From Shigella phage vB_Shig_1KOFFS, in the sequence record PV615260: a DNA stretch of 48,622 nt; one strand, given 5' to 3'. Made by a program: the position numbers and the translations under genes. The stretch's first letter is position 1; each line of letters begins with the position of its first letter. Positions 1 through 8,643 of this stretch are shown piece after piece. The notes under the pieces were generated by a model. The model had not been told where the DNA came from and ran no database searches. It was given only the letters and a program-made list of their open reading frames with translations.

Positions 1-18
1 CGCTGAGTATTTTGCAAA

Positions 19-92
19 ACAGCACTAATTGCTAAATAATGCCCGCCGCGAGCGGGTATTATTACCCCATCAACCAATCAGGAGCTAACGCC
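19..92 (+). promoter_or_regulatory. Conserved promoter-like cassette (copy 1): CAGCAC-N5-TGCTAAA box, 22-bp GC hairpin spacer, TATTAT
   Basis: Dyad-like box followed by hairpin gcccgccgcgagcggg, -10-like TATTAT, then RBS GGAG and ATG at 93. Confidence 0.5.
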
Positions 93-329
93 ATGAACAC
101 CAAAACCATTGCAGACACCATCAAGATTGTACCAGCAAAAGCGCAAGTAGTATCGCGCCACCTGGTTAACCTTTCTCGCCTGTGCATGGCCGACTACATG
201 GCGAACCCTTCAGAGAATGGCCTTGATGGTGTAGTCGGTGAGATTTATTTTCGCGCAGGTTACGGCCTGGAAAGTGTGGCCATGTATGAGCAAATGGCCG
301 AAGGTTTTTGCATTTACGGTGACGAATGA
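93..329 (+). CDS. hypothetical protein (78 aa)
   Basis: ORF with ATG at 93 preceded by GGAG; the ORF-track start at 39 lies inside the upstream regulatory cassette. Confidence 0.55.
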   Translation: MNTKTIADTIKIVPAKAQVVSRHLVNLSRLCMADYMANPSENGLDGVVGEIYFRAGYGLESVAMYEQMAEGFCIYGDE

Positions 330-577
330 TGATTGTCGAGACTGGTCGCGCTGCCGTATGGCAGCACGCTAAAGAAGCAGGAATAAGTGATGATATCGTG
401 AAGATCGCAAAGTATTTCGATATAAAGGATATCTCCATCGTGTTCGGCGGGAAGTTTACTTACCTCCACGAGCGCCCGGTGAAGCGCACGCGAATAGCAG
501 TGGCAACGCGAGCGGAGGCGGACGCGCTGAAGATGTTCATCCACGAGTCGAAGCAGCAGAAGAAATATTACAAGTAG
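326..577 (+). CDS. hypothetical protein (83 aa)
   Basis: ORF whose ATG overlaps the upstream stop (ATGA coupling). Confidence 0.5.
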   Translation: MMIVETGRAAVWQHAKEAGISDDIVKIAKYFDIKDISIVFGGKFTYLHERPVKRTRIAVATRAEADALKMFIHESKQQKKYYK

Positions 578-672
578 CGGGGAGGTGAAGAATGCGATAT
601 ATTGCGATCTTATTTACGGCGATTCTATTCACGATCGCAATCATTAACTATGCAATTCAATTGGGATAAATT

Positions 673-1803
673 ATGTCACCTAAAATCACAGACGAAGAAT
701 TCCTGGCCGCCCGCGAAGAAGGTAAAACATACCGCGAGATCGCGGAAGAGTTCGGCATGAACATTCGAAGCGTTGAACGTCGCGGCGTTCGCCTGGCGCG
801 ACAAGGACACCTACACGGAAACGCCCACGTTGCGAAGCATATCCCGGACGGCTTCGGCGTCAAAGGCACGTCGACGATGATTCGCGCGGACGGCTCCGAG
901 GTCGTTCGGTGGGTCAAGTCGGAAGTAGACCGCGATCGCATGGTCGCGCTTATGGAGGCAGCGCAGGCGGCTTTCTGCGAAGACCTTCCGCGAGCCGAAC
1001 CGCAACCGCTGGATGAATCGAAGTTCTACATTGAAGATCAGCTTGCCCTGTACCCGATCTTCGACTTGCATATTGGGGCAATGGCGCATAAGCATGAATG
1101 CGGCGAGAACTATGATACCAGCACGGCAGAGAAGGTTCTAAACCGCTTCTTTGATTATTCCGTTTCGGTTGCTCCGCAATCACAAAAGGCGGTTTTGTTG
1201 GTCGGCGGTGACTTCCTTCACAGTGACGGCCTGGACGCAGTAACCCCGGCAAGCGGTCACGTTCTCGATCAGGACAGCCGATACGCAAAACTTGTTTATG
1301 TTGCCATTCGTTCGCTGCGTCGCGCCGTTTCGCTACTGCTTAACAATCATGCAGAAGTTGAAGTGCAGGTGATTGAAGGCAACCACGACCAGGCCGGGAT
1401 GATCTGGCTACGCGCAGCGCTGGCGGCGTTCTATGAGAATGAACCGCGCGTTTTCGTTGATGTTAGTCCGGCGATCCTGCATCGCACCTTGTGGGGCAAA
1501 ACCATGCTGGGATATACTCATGGCCACACGATGAAAAAGCCGGAAACGCGCCTTGCTGCGATGGCTACCGACTTCCGTAAGGAGTTCGGCCAGTGCGACT
1601 ACATTTACACGCATTCCGGCCACTGGCATCACCAGACTGTAACGGAACACTCGTTAGGCATTGACGAAGTGCATGGCCAGTTGGGCGCAAAAGATGCCTA
1701 CGCAGCACGCGGCGGATGGCGATCATATCGGCAGGCTGCGGTGATTCTGTACAGCAAAGAATATGGCGAAGTAGGTCGCTTTATCTATCGCCCGAACATG
1801 TAA
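673..1803 (+). CDS. Calcineurin-like metallophosphoesterase with N-terminal helix-turn-helix domain
   Basis: Phosphoesterase motifs DLHIG, GGDFLHSDG and GNHD in order; N-terminal segment TYREIAEEFGMNIRSVERR resembles a sigma region-4 type HTH. Confidence 0.6.
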   Translation: MSPKITDEEFLAAREEGKTYREIAEEFGMNIRSVERRGVRLARQGHLHGNAHVAKHIPDGFGVKGTSTMIRADGSEVVRWVKSEVDRDRMVALMEAAQAAFCEDLPRAEPQPLDESKFYIEDQLALYPIFDLHIGAMAHKHECGENYDTSTAEKVLNRFFDYSVSVAPQSQKAVLLVGGDFLHSDGLDAVTPASGHVLDQDSRYAKLVYVAIRSLRRAVSLLLNNHAEVEVQVIEGNHDQAGMIWLRAALAAFYENEPRVFVDVSPAILHRTLWGKTMLGYTHGHTMKKPETRLAAMATDFRKEFGQCDYIYTHSGHWHHQTVTEHSLGIDEVHGQLGAKDAYAARGGWRSYRQAAVILYSKEYGEVGRFIYRPNM

Positions 1804-1841
1804 CCACAACGGCCCCGCGAGGGGCCAACAAGGAAAAACCG

Positions 1842-2330
1842 ATGAATAGAAATATCTGCATTTTCGATCTCGATGGCACGCTTTCAGACGGAACCCACCG
1901 CTTGCACCTGCTGCCGAAAAAAGATCTCCACCTTACAGAAAGTTGGAGCGAATTTAATGGCGCGTCAATTGGAGACAGCCCAATCCAAAGCACTATTGAC
2001 GTGGCGAATGCGCTTTATCGATCCGGAATGACCGTTATCATCCTGACTGGCCGATCCGATGAGGTGAAGACCGAAACAATGATTTGGCTTGACCGCTACG
2101 GGGTGAAATATGACAGCCTAATCATGCGCCGCGCCATCGATAACCGTAAAGACACGGTAATCAAGGAGGAGGAGTTACGCAAAATCGGGCTTGATCGCAT
2201 TGTTGCGGCATGGGATGATTCACCAAATGTTATTGCGCACTTTCGCGGCCTGGGTATTACGACTTACCAGGTCTGCGACTACGGCGACAATCTTCAGGAT
2301 CATTTAAAATCTCACGGAGTAGACAAATGA
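1842..2330 (+). CDS. HAD-superfamily phosphatase (possible 5-prime deoxynucleotidase)
   Basis: N-terminal FDLDGTL (DxDxT) motif; ATG at 1842 preceded by AAGGA. Confidence 0.6.
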   Translation: MNRNICIFDLDGTLSDGTHRLHLLPKKDLHLTESWSEFNGASIGDSPIQSTIDVANALYRSGMTVIILTGRSDEVKTETMIWLDRYGVKYDSLIMRRAIDNRKDTVIKEEELRKIGLDRIVAAWDDSPNVIAHFRGLGITTYQVCDYGDNLQDHLKSHGVDK

Positions 2331-2908
2331 AAAATGTAATTATCCTCAACGGAGCGCCGGGCATCGGAAAGGACACTATCGCGGAAATCATCTCGCGGAA
2401 GTGGCAATACAAGAACCTTAGCTTCAAACAGCCGATGTTTGCCATTGCTCGTGCTGTGCTGGGATCGGCTGATTTTGCACGCTTTACTGCCCGATACCAC
2501 GACCGCAAGCACAAAGAAGTGAAATGCGATTTTTTGGGCGACCGTTCTCCGCGTGAATTCATGATTCACATTAGCGAAAATTTCGTCAAGCCGACCCTGG
2601 GCAAAAATCAGTTCGGCAAGTTGCTTTGCGATTCAGCGCTAACCTCGCCGTTTAACTGCATCGTCAGCGACGGCGGATTCGATGAGGAGGTGGAGCACGT
2701 CGCAGCGCATGAGGCGCTTAACGTGTTTGTCGTCCGCCTTCATCGTGACGGCATGACATTTGAGGGTGATAGCCGCAAGCATATTCGACGCCAGGATCTG
2801 ATTTGCGACACTTACCATGAACTCGATTTTGATATGACCACTGGCGAGCCGGAAGACGACGCGCAAAAAATCCTTGATATGGTGTCAGATGTTGCATTAA
2901 AATTATAA
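2327..2908 (+). CDS. P-loop kinase, dNMP kinase-like
   Basis: Walker A GAPGIGKDT at N-terminus; overall pattern resembles T4 gp1 dNMP kinase from memory; start overlaps upstream stop. Confidence 0.55.
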   Translation: MKNVIILNGAPGIGKDTIAEIISRKWQYKNLSFKQPMFAIARAVLGSADFARFTARYHDRKHKEVKCDFLGDRSPREFMIHISENFVKPTLGKNQFGKLLCDSALTSPFNCIVSDGGFDEEVEHVAAHEALNVFVVRLHRDGMTFEGDSRKHIRRQDLICDTYHELDFDMTTGEPEDDAQKILDMVSDVALKL

Positions 2909-2942
2909 AGTTAATGCCTTTATTATCACCACCTTAACGATT

Positions 2943-2970
2943 GGGAACCTTGATGGGTTCCCTTTTTTTT
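2943..2970 (+). terminator. Rho-independent terminator
   Basis: Stem GGGAACC / GGTTCCC with loop ttgat, followed by T8. Confidence 0.75.
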
Positions 2971-3034
2971 GTTCTTAATTTGGCCTAATGCATATATCAT
3001 CACCTTACCATTTAACTAACAGAGGTTGCATATC

Positions 3035-3250
3035 ATGCGAGAATTCATCAACGCGGCAACCAATAGCAGCGGTGGCGTTGCCCTCGCGGGATCTGCAACC
3101 GGGCAATTAATCATTGCTGCCATTGGCTTATTTTTCATGATTCTATTCGGCTCCTTCGGCGCGTGGTTGCGCTGGCGAGATTCAAAGGCGCTTCGTGAAG
3201 CGCTGGAAGTCGGGGATATCAAAACGGCGATGAAGATCAGGAGTAAATAA
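3035..3250 (+). CDS. Holin, probably pinholin
   Basis: 71-aa product with long hydrophobic N-terminal region and charged C-terminus, immediately upstream of a SAR endolysin; RBS AGAGG. Confidence 0.6.
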   Translation: MREFINAATNSSGGVALAGSATGQLIIAAIGLFFMILFGSFGAWLRWRDSKALREALEVGDIKTAMKIRSK

Positions 3251-3251
3251 C

Positions 3252-3734
3252 ATGGGGATTAAAACGCGGGTTACATTCGCGGCGGCGGTGGCGATCGCGG
3301 TCGCGTTCCTCCCCGAAGTGGAGGACACGAAATACAATGTTTATATGGATATCGCTGGCGTCCCGACAGTATGCGAAGGCATCACAGGCCCGGACGTTAT
3401 CAAGGGGAAAACCTATACCCGGTCAGAGTGCGACGCGCTTTTAACCAAGCATATCCAGGTGGCGAAGCGAACCGTTGACAGCAAAATCAAAGTCGATGTT
3501 CCGGATACCTTCAGGGCGTCGATGTACAGCTTCACGTTCAACGTTGGCGGCGGCGCGTATTCTGGCAGCACCATGCTGAAATTAACGAACCAGGGCCGAT
3601 TGCGCGAGGCGTGCGAGCAGCTATATCGCTGGACGTACTACCGCAACCCGAAAACGGGAAAGATGGAGAAGTCGAAAGGCTTGTATAATCGCCGGGTTCA
3701 GGAATATCAACTATGCATTAAGGATCTGAAATGA
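3252..3734 (+). CDS. SAR endolysin (GH24 lysozyme)
   Basis: Hydrophobic N-terminal signal-anchor-release segment ([15 protein letters not shown]) followed by the canonical E-x8-D-x5-T catalytic triad ([16 protein letters not shown]). Confidence 0.8.
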   Translation: MGIKTRVTFAAAVAIAVAFLPEVEDTKYNVYMDIAGVPTVCEGITGPDVIKGKTYTRSECDALLTKHIQVAKRTVDSKIKVDVPDTFRASMYSFTFNVGGGAYSGSTMLKLTNQGRLREACEQLYRWTYYRNPKTGKMEKSKGLYNRRVQEYQLCIKDLK

Positions 3735-4156
3735 GCACATTAAACTTTCAACGAGCGCTGGCCATCGGCTTTATCGTGTGGGCGGCTGCCGTTGTTTCCG
3801 GTTGCGCGTCAAGCGTCCCAATCCTTTCCGATCTGGTTGGTAGCAAGCCGGATATGACGGCGCAAGTAGGCGCGGAGAACGTGAAACAGGCGGTTGGCGT
3901 GACCAACAAAACGGACACGTCGAGCAGGCAGGAGACCACGTTTAAGGAGTCGGCTGTAGGTAAAGTTGACACGTCGAACAAGAAATCCGTAACGACCTCC
4001 AGCATTCACGCCAACCAGATCACGGCGGACAAGATCGAGATCCGTAATGATGAAAGCGGAAGCCTGGTTCCGTGGCTGATTGGTAGCATTGGGGTAGTAA
4101 TGCTGGCTATCGGGGTGTTCGGTATTTGGCGGGAACGAAAAAATAAAGGGGCGTAA
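3731..4156 (+). CDS. Unimolecular spanin (lipoprotein with C-terminal transmembrane domain)
   Basis: Signal peptide with lipobox VVSGC at N-terminus and hydrophobic helix [22 protein letters not shown] at C-terminus, as in T1 gp11. Confidence 0.75.
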   Translation: MSTLNFQRALAIGFIVWAAAVVSGCASSVPILSDLVGSKPDMTAQVGAENVKQAVGVTNKTDTSSRQETTFKESAVGKVDTSNKKSVTTSSIHANQITADKIEIRNDESGSLVPWLIGSIGVVMLAIGVFGIWRERKNKGA

Positions 4157-4168
4157 TGCCCCTTTTTC
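4146..4168. terminator. Bidirectional rho-independent terminator
   Basis: Stem GGGGC/GCCCC with loop gtaat, flanked by an A-run upstream and a T-run downstream; ends the + lysis operon and the - accessory operon. Confidence 0.75.
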
Positions 4169-4690
4169 TATATGTACCGCTTGACGTGCAATAGCGCTAC
4201 TCCATCTTCATCGTTAAGACCATGTTCAACCGTGTTGGTTGCGGCCATTCCTTGATAGAGCAAGATGAGCGCGGCACGCAAGTAATTTTCTGGTGTGATC
4301 TGTTTCACGCAAACAAGCCTGTGAACTTCCGTTATCAGATCTTCCACCTGGTTTCCCGAAAAGCTGTTCATCACTGAGTTGGTCAAGGTGCATCATCTCC
4401 CACATATATCGGTTATTCATCCCTTCGAACGACCGGAAATCAAAGCCTATCTCCCTGTTATCCGGCCCCGTACACCACACAGCGCCGTTTTTTCCGTCAA
4501 GGTATCCATTCGTATAGCTTCGCGCTAAAAACTCCTTAGAGACCATTGAGGCGAACATACGTTGCGACACGTTGGCAGCTTTTGCCAGGCGAGGCGCTTC
4601 GCGGTGCATGTAAACGAACTTCGCAAAATCCTGCCGGGTGAACTCCCGGCGAGATTCGCAGAACTTGTAAATGTCAAGAATGAACATCAA
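4168..4690 (-). CDS. hypothetical protein with apparent frameshift
   Basis: ORF 4226-4690 and ORF 4168-4386 overlap in different frames; protein-like composition switches frame near the A4/T4 run at 4359-4362. Confidence 0.4.
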
Positions 4691-6259
4691 TTACCTCATG
4701 AACGACGGGTTGATAAAGACTTCGGAATCCATCACGCAGATAAAGCCTAATTCCTCCATCTTCGGCAATAAGCGTTCCTTAATCTTTTTGCTCACCCCAG
4801 CCTGGCCTTTGAAGATCTTCAGGTTGCGGCAGGCGTTATAAATGCCCTGGACGGTCATAACACCTTTTGCCTGCTTGCAACGACTGGCGATAACGTCATA
4901 CAGCGCTTTAATTTCCGCGCCCTCACCAGCAAATCCGGAAGAGTCAGCAGATGACAGGTAAGTTTTGCTCAACTCATGGAACATGATGATCGCTTCGTCA
5001 ATGGTTGCCGTGTCGATCTTCTTCGAACGCTTACCGCCGGGTTGCCAGTTCCGGATCGTGTGGATTACCGACGCCAGACGCATAACCTGCTTATCAAACT
5101 TACCCATCGCGCCGCGAAGCATAGTATGCGAATACTTGCCGCCGTCACCTAACTCAGGTTCTAATTCCTGGCGGGCCTTATTCAGTCTCCGCATTGCCGC
5201 GTCAGTAACCTGCAACTTAATGTTCGACTCGCTCATAATGTCATGAATCAGCCGGAAGTAATCCGCCTTCAGTGACTGGTCGATCGGCTCATAGGTCGAA
5301 TTCCCGTTTTCGTCGATGAACACGCGTTCGCCCAAACGTGTTTGCTCACGAACCAAAAGGAAACGCTCCGAGACACCGATCCCGCGAGAACCCGCTTGCA
5401 TGATGGCGTCGATGGTTTCATCCTGGGCAATTACGCAAATGCAGCCCAAAGCAACGAATGACATATTATTGCTAACGTCGGCACGAGCGATCGACACGTG
5501 GCCTTTATCCCATGCTTTGAGCACCAGTTCGCTGTTCGTCTTCTTGCCGCCATCGTTGCCATACGTGATCCCCAAAAGGCTGTTAACCGCAGTTGCCTCA
5601 TCGGAAATAACGGCAAAGTTTCCCTGGCGGTTGTTAATCTTCGCCAGACCTTCCGGGGTGGTATCGGATACCGGGAAAGTTAGGTCACACAATTTTTCAA
5701 GTTTCTCTTCCAGTTCGTCACGATCTTCGAAAAGTTTCACCATATCAGATTGCGACAACTCCCCTTTAAGCGCCTGCTTGTTGGCGGACAACTTCGCCAT
5801 GATTTTCTTACGCTCCTTCTTGCGCGACTCGTTAATGCGCTCGACTTCGGCCACGATCGGATCGATGGCCAGCGAGTTAATGGCAGACTTACCAGCGGAA
5901 GGCGGCTGCGACGTGATAACGTAAAGCGTCGTCGGTTGCTCACTGCCGTGATACTCGACCCAAAAGCGACCCATCATCGCGGCGGATACGGTTCCGAGAA
6001 AGTGCATGTAAGCGGATGATTCCGGGAACTGAACAGATCTGGCGGCATTGAGCGCCAGCTTGCCGACCACATCGTAATCATTGGCGATCGAGATTGTTGG
6101 GTATTTATCCGCGTTTACGTCGATATCTTTGGGCTTTGGCCAGAATGAAACGGAGTCACGATACCCGTTCGCACGAATCGCAACGCGCAGAGGACTGATC
6201 CCCTCCCTTTCTGCGATGGCGATAATATCTTGCGGTGATACGCGGTCATTTAAAAACAT
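4691..6259 (-). CDS. Large P-loop NTPase-like protein of unknown function (522 aa)
   Basis: Walker A-like PPSAGKS and Walker B-like AVISDEAT; RBS CAGGAGCAAGGG before ATG at 6259. Confidence 0.55.
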   Translation of the reverse strand: MFLNDRVSPQDIIAIAEREGISPLRVAIRANGYRDSVSFWPKPKDIDVNADKYPTISIANDYDVVGKLALNAARSVQFPESSAYMHFLGTVSAAMMGRFWVEYHGSEQPTTLYVITSQPPSAGKSAINSLAIDPIVAEVERINESRKKERKKIMAKLSANKQALKGELSQSDMVKLFEDRDELEEKLEKLCDLTFPVSDTTPEGLAKINNRQGNFAVISDEATAVNSLLGITYGNDGGKKTNSELVLKAWDKGHVSIARADVSNNMSFVALGCICVIAQDETIDAIMQAGSRGIGVSERFLLVREQTRLGERVFIDENGNSTYEPIDQSLKADYFRLIHDIMSESNIKLQVTDAAMRRLNKARQELEPELGDGGKYSHTMLRGAMGKFDKQVMRLASVIHTIRNWQPGGKRSKKIDTATIDEAIIMFHELSKTYLSSADSSGFAGEGAEIKALYDVIASRCKQAKGVMTVQGIYNACRNLKIFKGQAGVSKKIKERLLPKMEELGFICVMDSEVFINPSFMR

Positions 6260-6384
6260 GCCCTTGCTCCTGATTGGTTAATCGTTCGGCTAATCATATG
6301 CCGTATTAAATCCGAGATCCAGTGATAATCTAAACACGCTTGAAAAACGCGCTTGGATTATCGGGGCGCACGGCCCCGAACCAG

Positions 6385-6822
6385 TCACAGGTATTTAGCT
6401 TCGAAAGTCGTTCCGTCCGATACACTGAAGCCAACTTCCTCGCGGTACAGCGTCCAGCGGCATCCGTCACGGTCGAAGATGTATCCAGCAACCGCACCGA
6501 GCGCACGACCGCTTTCGACCTGGTAGCGCTTGCCGACGCTGAAGGATTTTTTCATCGGGTTGCTATGGTCAAGGCCGACGCATTTTAGCGTTTTGGTTTT
6601 GAGTTCGATGAACGTCGCAATCGCCGCTCCGCCGTCGCCAGCAATAAACAACTCACCGCTAACGCCTACCGACAAAATAATGCGCTTCTTCTTCAGTTCG
6701 ACGCTGTCATATACCATCATTGACACGTTGCCTTCATCGTCGACGCGGGCGGAATAAAGGTTGTTTTCATTGATGTTAACGGCACGGCTTGACGTGCATT
6801 TAATCTTGATTGACTTCGCCAT
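6385..6822 (-). CDS. hypothetical protein (145 aa)
   Basis: ORF in the leftward operon. Confidence 0.5.
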   Translation of the reverse strand: MAKSIKIKCTSSRAVNINENNLYSARVDDEGNVSMMVYDSVELKKKRIILSVGVSGELFIAGDGGAAIATFIELKTKTLKCVGLDHSNPMKKSFSVGKRYQVESGRALGAVAGYIFDRDGCRWTLYREEVGFSVSDGTTFEAKYL

Positions 6823-7005
6823 TTATTTTCTTTCTCCCATCTCGATATACAGGTTAACCAGATCCAGAAAGTCAGCTTTATTTCTGCAACTCAATTTAAA
6901 GCCAACGTGCGACTCAATTTTATTTTGCATCGCAGCCAGTGTTGCGCCGCCATTATTCATCCTGAGAACTTCGCGGCATACTTCGGCGAGTTTTTGAGAT
7001 ATCAT
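6823..7005 (-). CDS. hypothetical protein (60 aa)
   Basis: Small ORF whose ATG overlaps the upstream stop. Confidence 0.4.
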   Translation of the reverse strand: MISQKLAEVCREVLRMNNGGATLAAMQNKIESHVGFKLSCRNKADFLDLVNLYIEMGERK

Positions 7006-7205
7006 TTTTCAATCACCCTTATTTTGATTGTTTCGCAGGCGCTTTCTATTTCGCTGATAATTCGATTCACCCTTAAATCAATCATTGTTTTATGATGGTA
7101 AATGTCAACAATGCCGACAACCGCTAACACCATGATCGAAAAGATGAGCGCACCAACCCCGTGCATGGAAAAGAGTGTGGCCATTACTGCGATCGTGAAT
7201 TTCAT
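7002..7205 (-). CDS. small membrane protein (67 aa)
   Basis: Mostly hydrophobic product (MKFTIAVMATLFSMHGVGALIFSIMVLAVVGIV); ATG at 7205 preceded by GGAG within a regulatory cassette. Confidence 0.5.
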   Translation of the reverse strand: MKFTIAVMATLFSMHGVGALIFSIMVLAVVGIVDIYHHKTMIDLRVNRIISEIESACETIKIRVIEK

Positions 7206-7280
7206 TTTGGTTTTCTCCGTTGCGTTTCTATGGGGTAATGCTACCCGACTTTCGCCGGGTAGTTTTAGCAATTCGTGCTA
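7206..7280 (-). promoter_or_regulatory. Conserved promoter-like cassette (copy on - strand)
   Basis: Reverse complement reads TAGCACGAATTGCTAAAAC, then hairpin tacccggcgaaagtcgggta, then CCCCATAGAAAC, RBS and ATG; the TAG is the stop of the upstream gene. Confidence 0.5.
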
Positions 7281-7970
7281 TTCTAGATAATTCGCCTGGA
7301 ACACGGCGCGGGCAAAACCTCGCGGAGTAATGGAGCGCAGCATTTTAGTCCTTTCTGACCTTCCGCCTAAAAACTTCCAGGCCCAAAAGAAATTCACGCC
7401 TTCCACTCCATCCGGCGGAGGGAGCCGTTTCGGTTCGACAAAACCGTTTCCGTGCCATATGCACGTTTTCTTCGTGTAATTGTCACAGTTGGGCATTTTT
7501 GGATGCCACACAGGTTCGTTTGGAGAAACATAGCCGCCGAAGTCGCGCGGGTGAAAATAGAAGTCAGGCTTTCGCCATAGTGACGACAATTTTCCAACCG
7601 GGTTTTCGACCATCCAGGGGCAACCATACTTATTGCCTAATTGCTCGACCATCTTCGCATCCCCTGCTGCGGATAATACGTCATTATCTTCCCTTACGTG
7701 CTTGATTCCGCTATGCGCTAACAGCGTGCATGACGGGAAGGCAAAAATGAAGTCGGGATCTGGAATGCCGAGAATCGATCGCTTCACGTCAAAATCCTTG
7801 TCGATCCAAATGTTAACATACTGGATATTGGGGTGAACCATTCTAATGCTGTATTCTCCGTGGTCGCCGGAGTCGGCATTGAAACAATACACCTTGCATC
7901 CCTTGATGGCCCACGGCAGGCCCATGATGCCGGAGCCGTCGAACATGCAGTAAATAACCTTGTCTTTCAT
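7278..7970 (-). CDS. Short C5-cytosine methyltransferase-like protein (230 aa)
   Basis: Motif I-like FDGSGIMG, motif IV-like FPSC and motif VI-like MVENPVG in canonical order; too short to hold a normal target recognition domain. Confidence 0.45.
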   Translation of the reverse strand: MKDKVIYCMFDGSGIMGLPWAIKGCKVYCFNADSGDHGEYSIRMVHPNIQYVNIWIDKDFDVKRSILGIPDPDFIFAFPSCTLLAHSGIKHVREDNDVLSAAGDAKMVEQLGNKYGCPWMVENPVGKLSSLWRKPDFYFHPRDFGGYVSPNEPVWHPKMPNCDNYTKKTCIWHGNGFVEPKRLPPPDGVEGVNFFWAWKFLGGRSERTKMLRSITPRGFARAVFQANYLE

Positions 7971-8193
7971 ACTTTACACGCCCCAATGAACATTCTTTTC
8001 GATTCCAGCGTCAGCGTGACGCCATCCAGGGAGGACTGAATGAGGCGACTGCCAGGAACCGTCCCGATGATGTAGCGGCCTTTCGACTTCGTGATCGTGA
8101 TCTGAGTGAAGCCGGAGGCGCGTTTCATGCGGAGAACGACGCGGCCATGCGCGTTCAGGACGGAGAGAATGTAATCAGTCTTCGGATGGTTCA
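7967..8193 (-). CDS. hypothetical protein (about 75 aa)
   Basis: ATG at 8193 preceded by AAGGAG; ORF-track N-terminal extension lacks an RBS. Confidence 0.45.
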
Positions 8194-8265
8194 TTGTGTA
8201 GCTCCTTCGTTTGTTGGTGTGGGACAGTATGCCACTATCCAGCCATGTTGTTTTAGCAAAACGTG

Positions 8266-8643
8266 CTATGCCGGAACGCAGGTCGCGTAATCTTGGCTGA
8301 TGTAGATCGTGCGCTGAACGCGAGGTTCGAGATCTCCGAGTTCCTGGATGGTAACATCGTTGCTTCCTACCCGGCACGGAACCGATCCAAAGATAAACTC
8401 GCTAGTCTGCTTGTCGTTGATTTGCCATACATTACCGCCTTCCTTTTTGACAACCAGGAAAGGCGCACTGTCTGCACTGAACTCTTCCGGGCCACGACCG
8501 TAGTAATGCGTGATCGCAGCTTTGGCCGCAGCGCTGAAGGCATCGGTAACGTCATTGGTCGCCTTGTCGCGGATGGCCTTGATACGTTCTTCAGGCGATC
8601 CGATGATGTAGGAAAAGCTGTTCGAAATGGTAACTGTTCGCAT
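8266..8643 (-). CDS. hypothetical protein (125 aa)
   Basis: ORF with RBS GAGGT before ATG at 8643. Confidence 0.5.
   Translation of the reverse strand: MRTVTISNSFSYIIGSPEERIKAIRDKATNDVTDAFSAAAKAAITHYYGRGPEEFSADSAPFLVVKKEGGNVWQINDKQTSEFIFGSVPCRVGSNDVTIQELGDLEPRVQRTIYISQDYATCVPA

Noticed and set aside
39-329. ORF-track start at 39 for the first gene
   Set aside because: The extension would read through the conserved regulatory cassette; the ATG at 93 has a proper GGAG RBS.
1842-2908. T4 Pnkp-like RNA-repair kinase/phosphatase (anti-anticodon-nuclease) interpretation
   Set aside because: The kinase resembles dNMP kinases more than polynucleotide kinases and no RNA ligase gene is present; kept only as a minor alternative.
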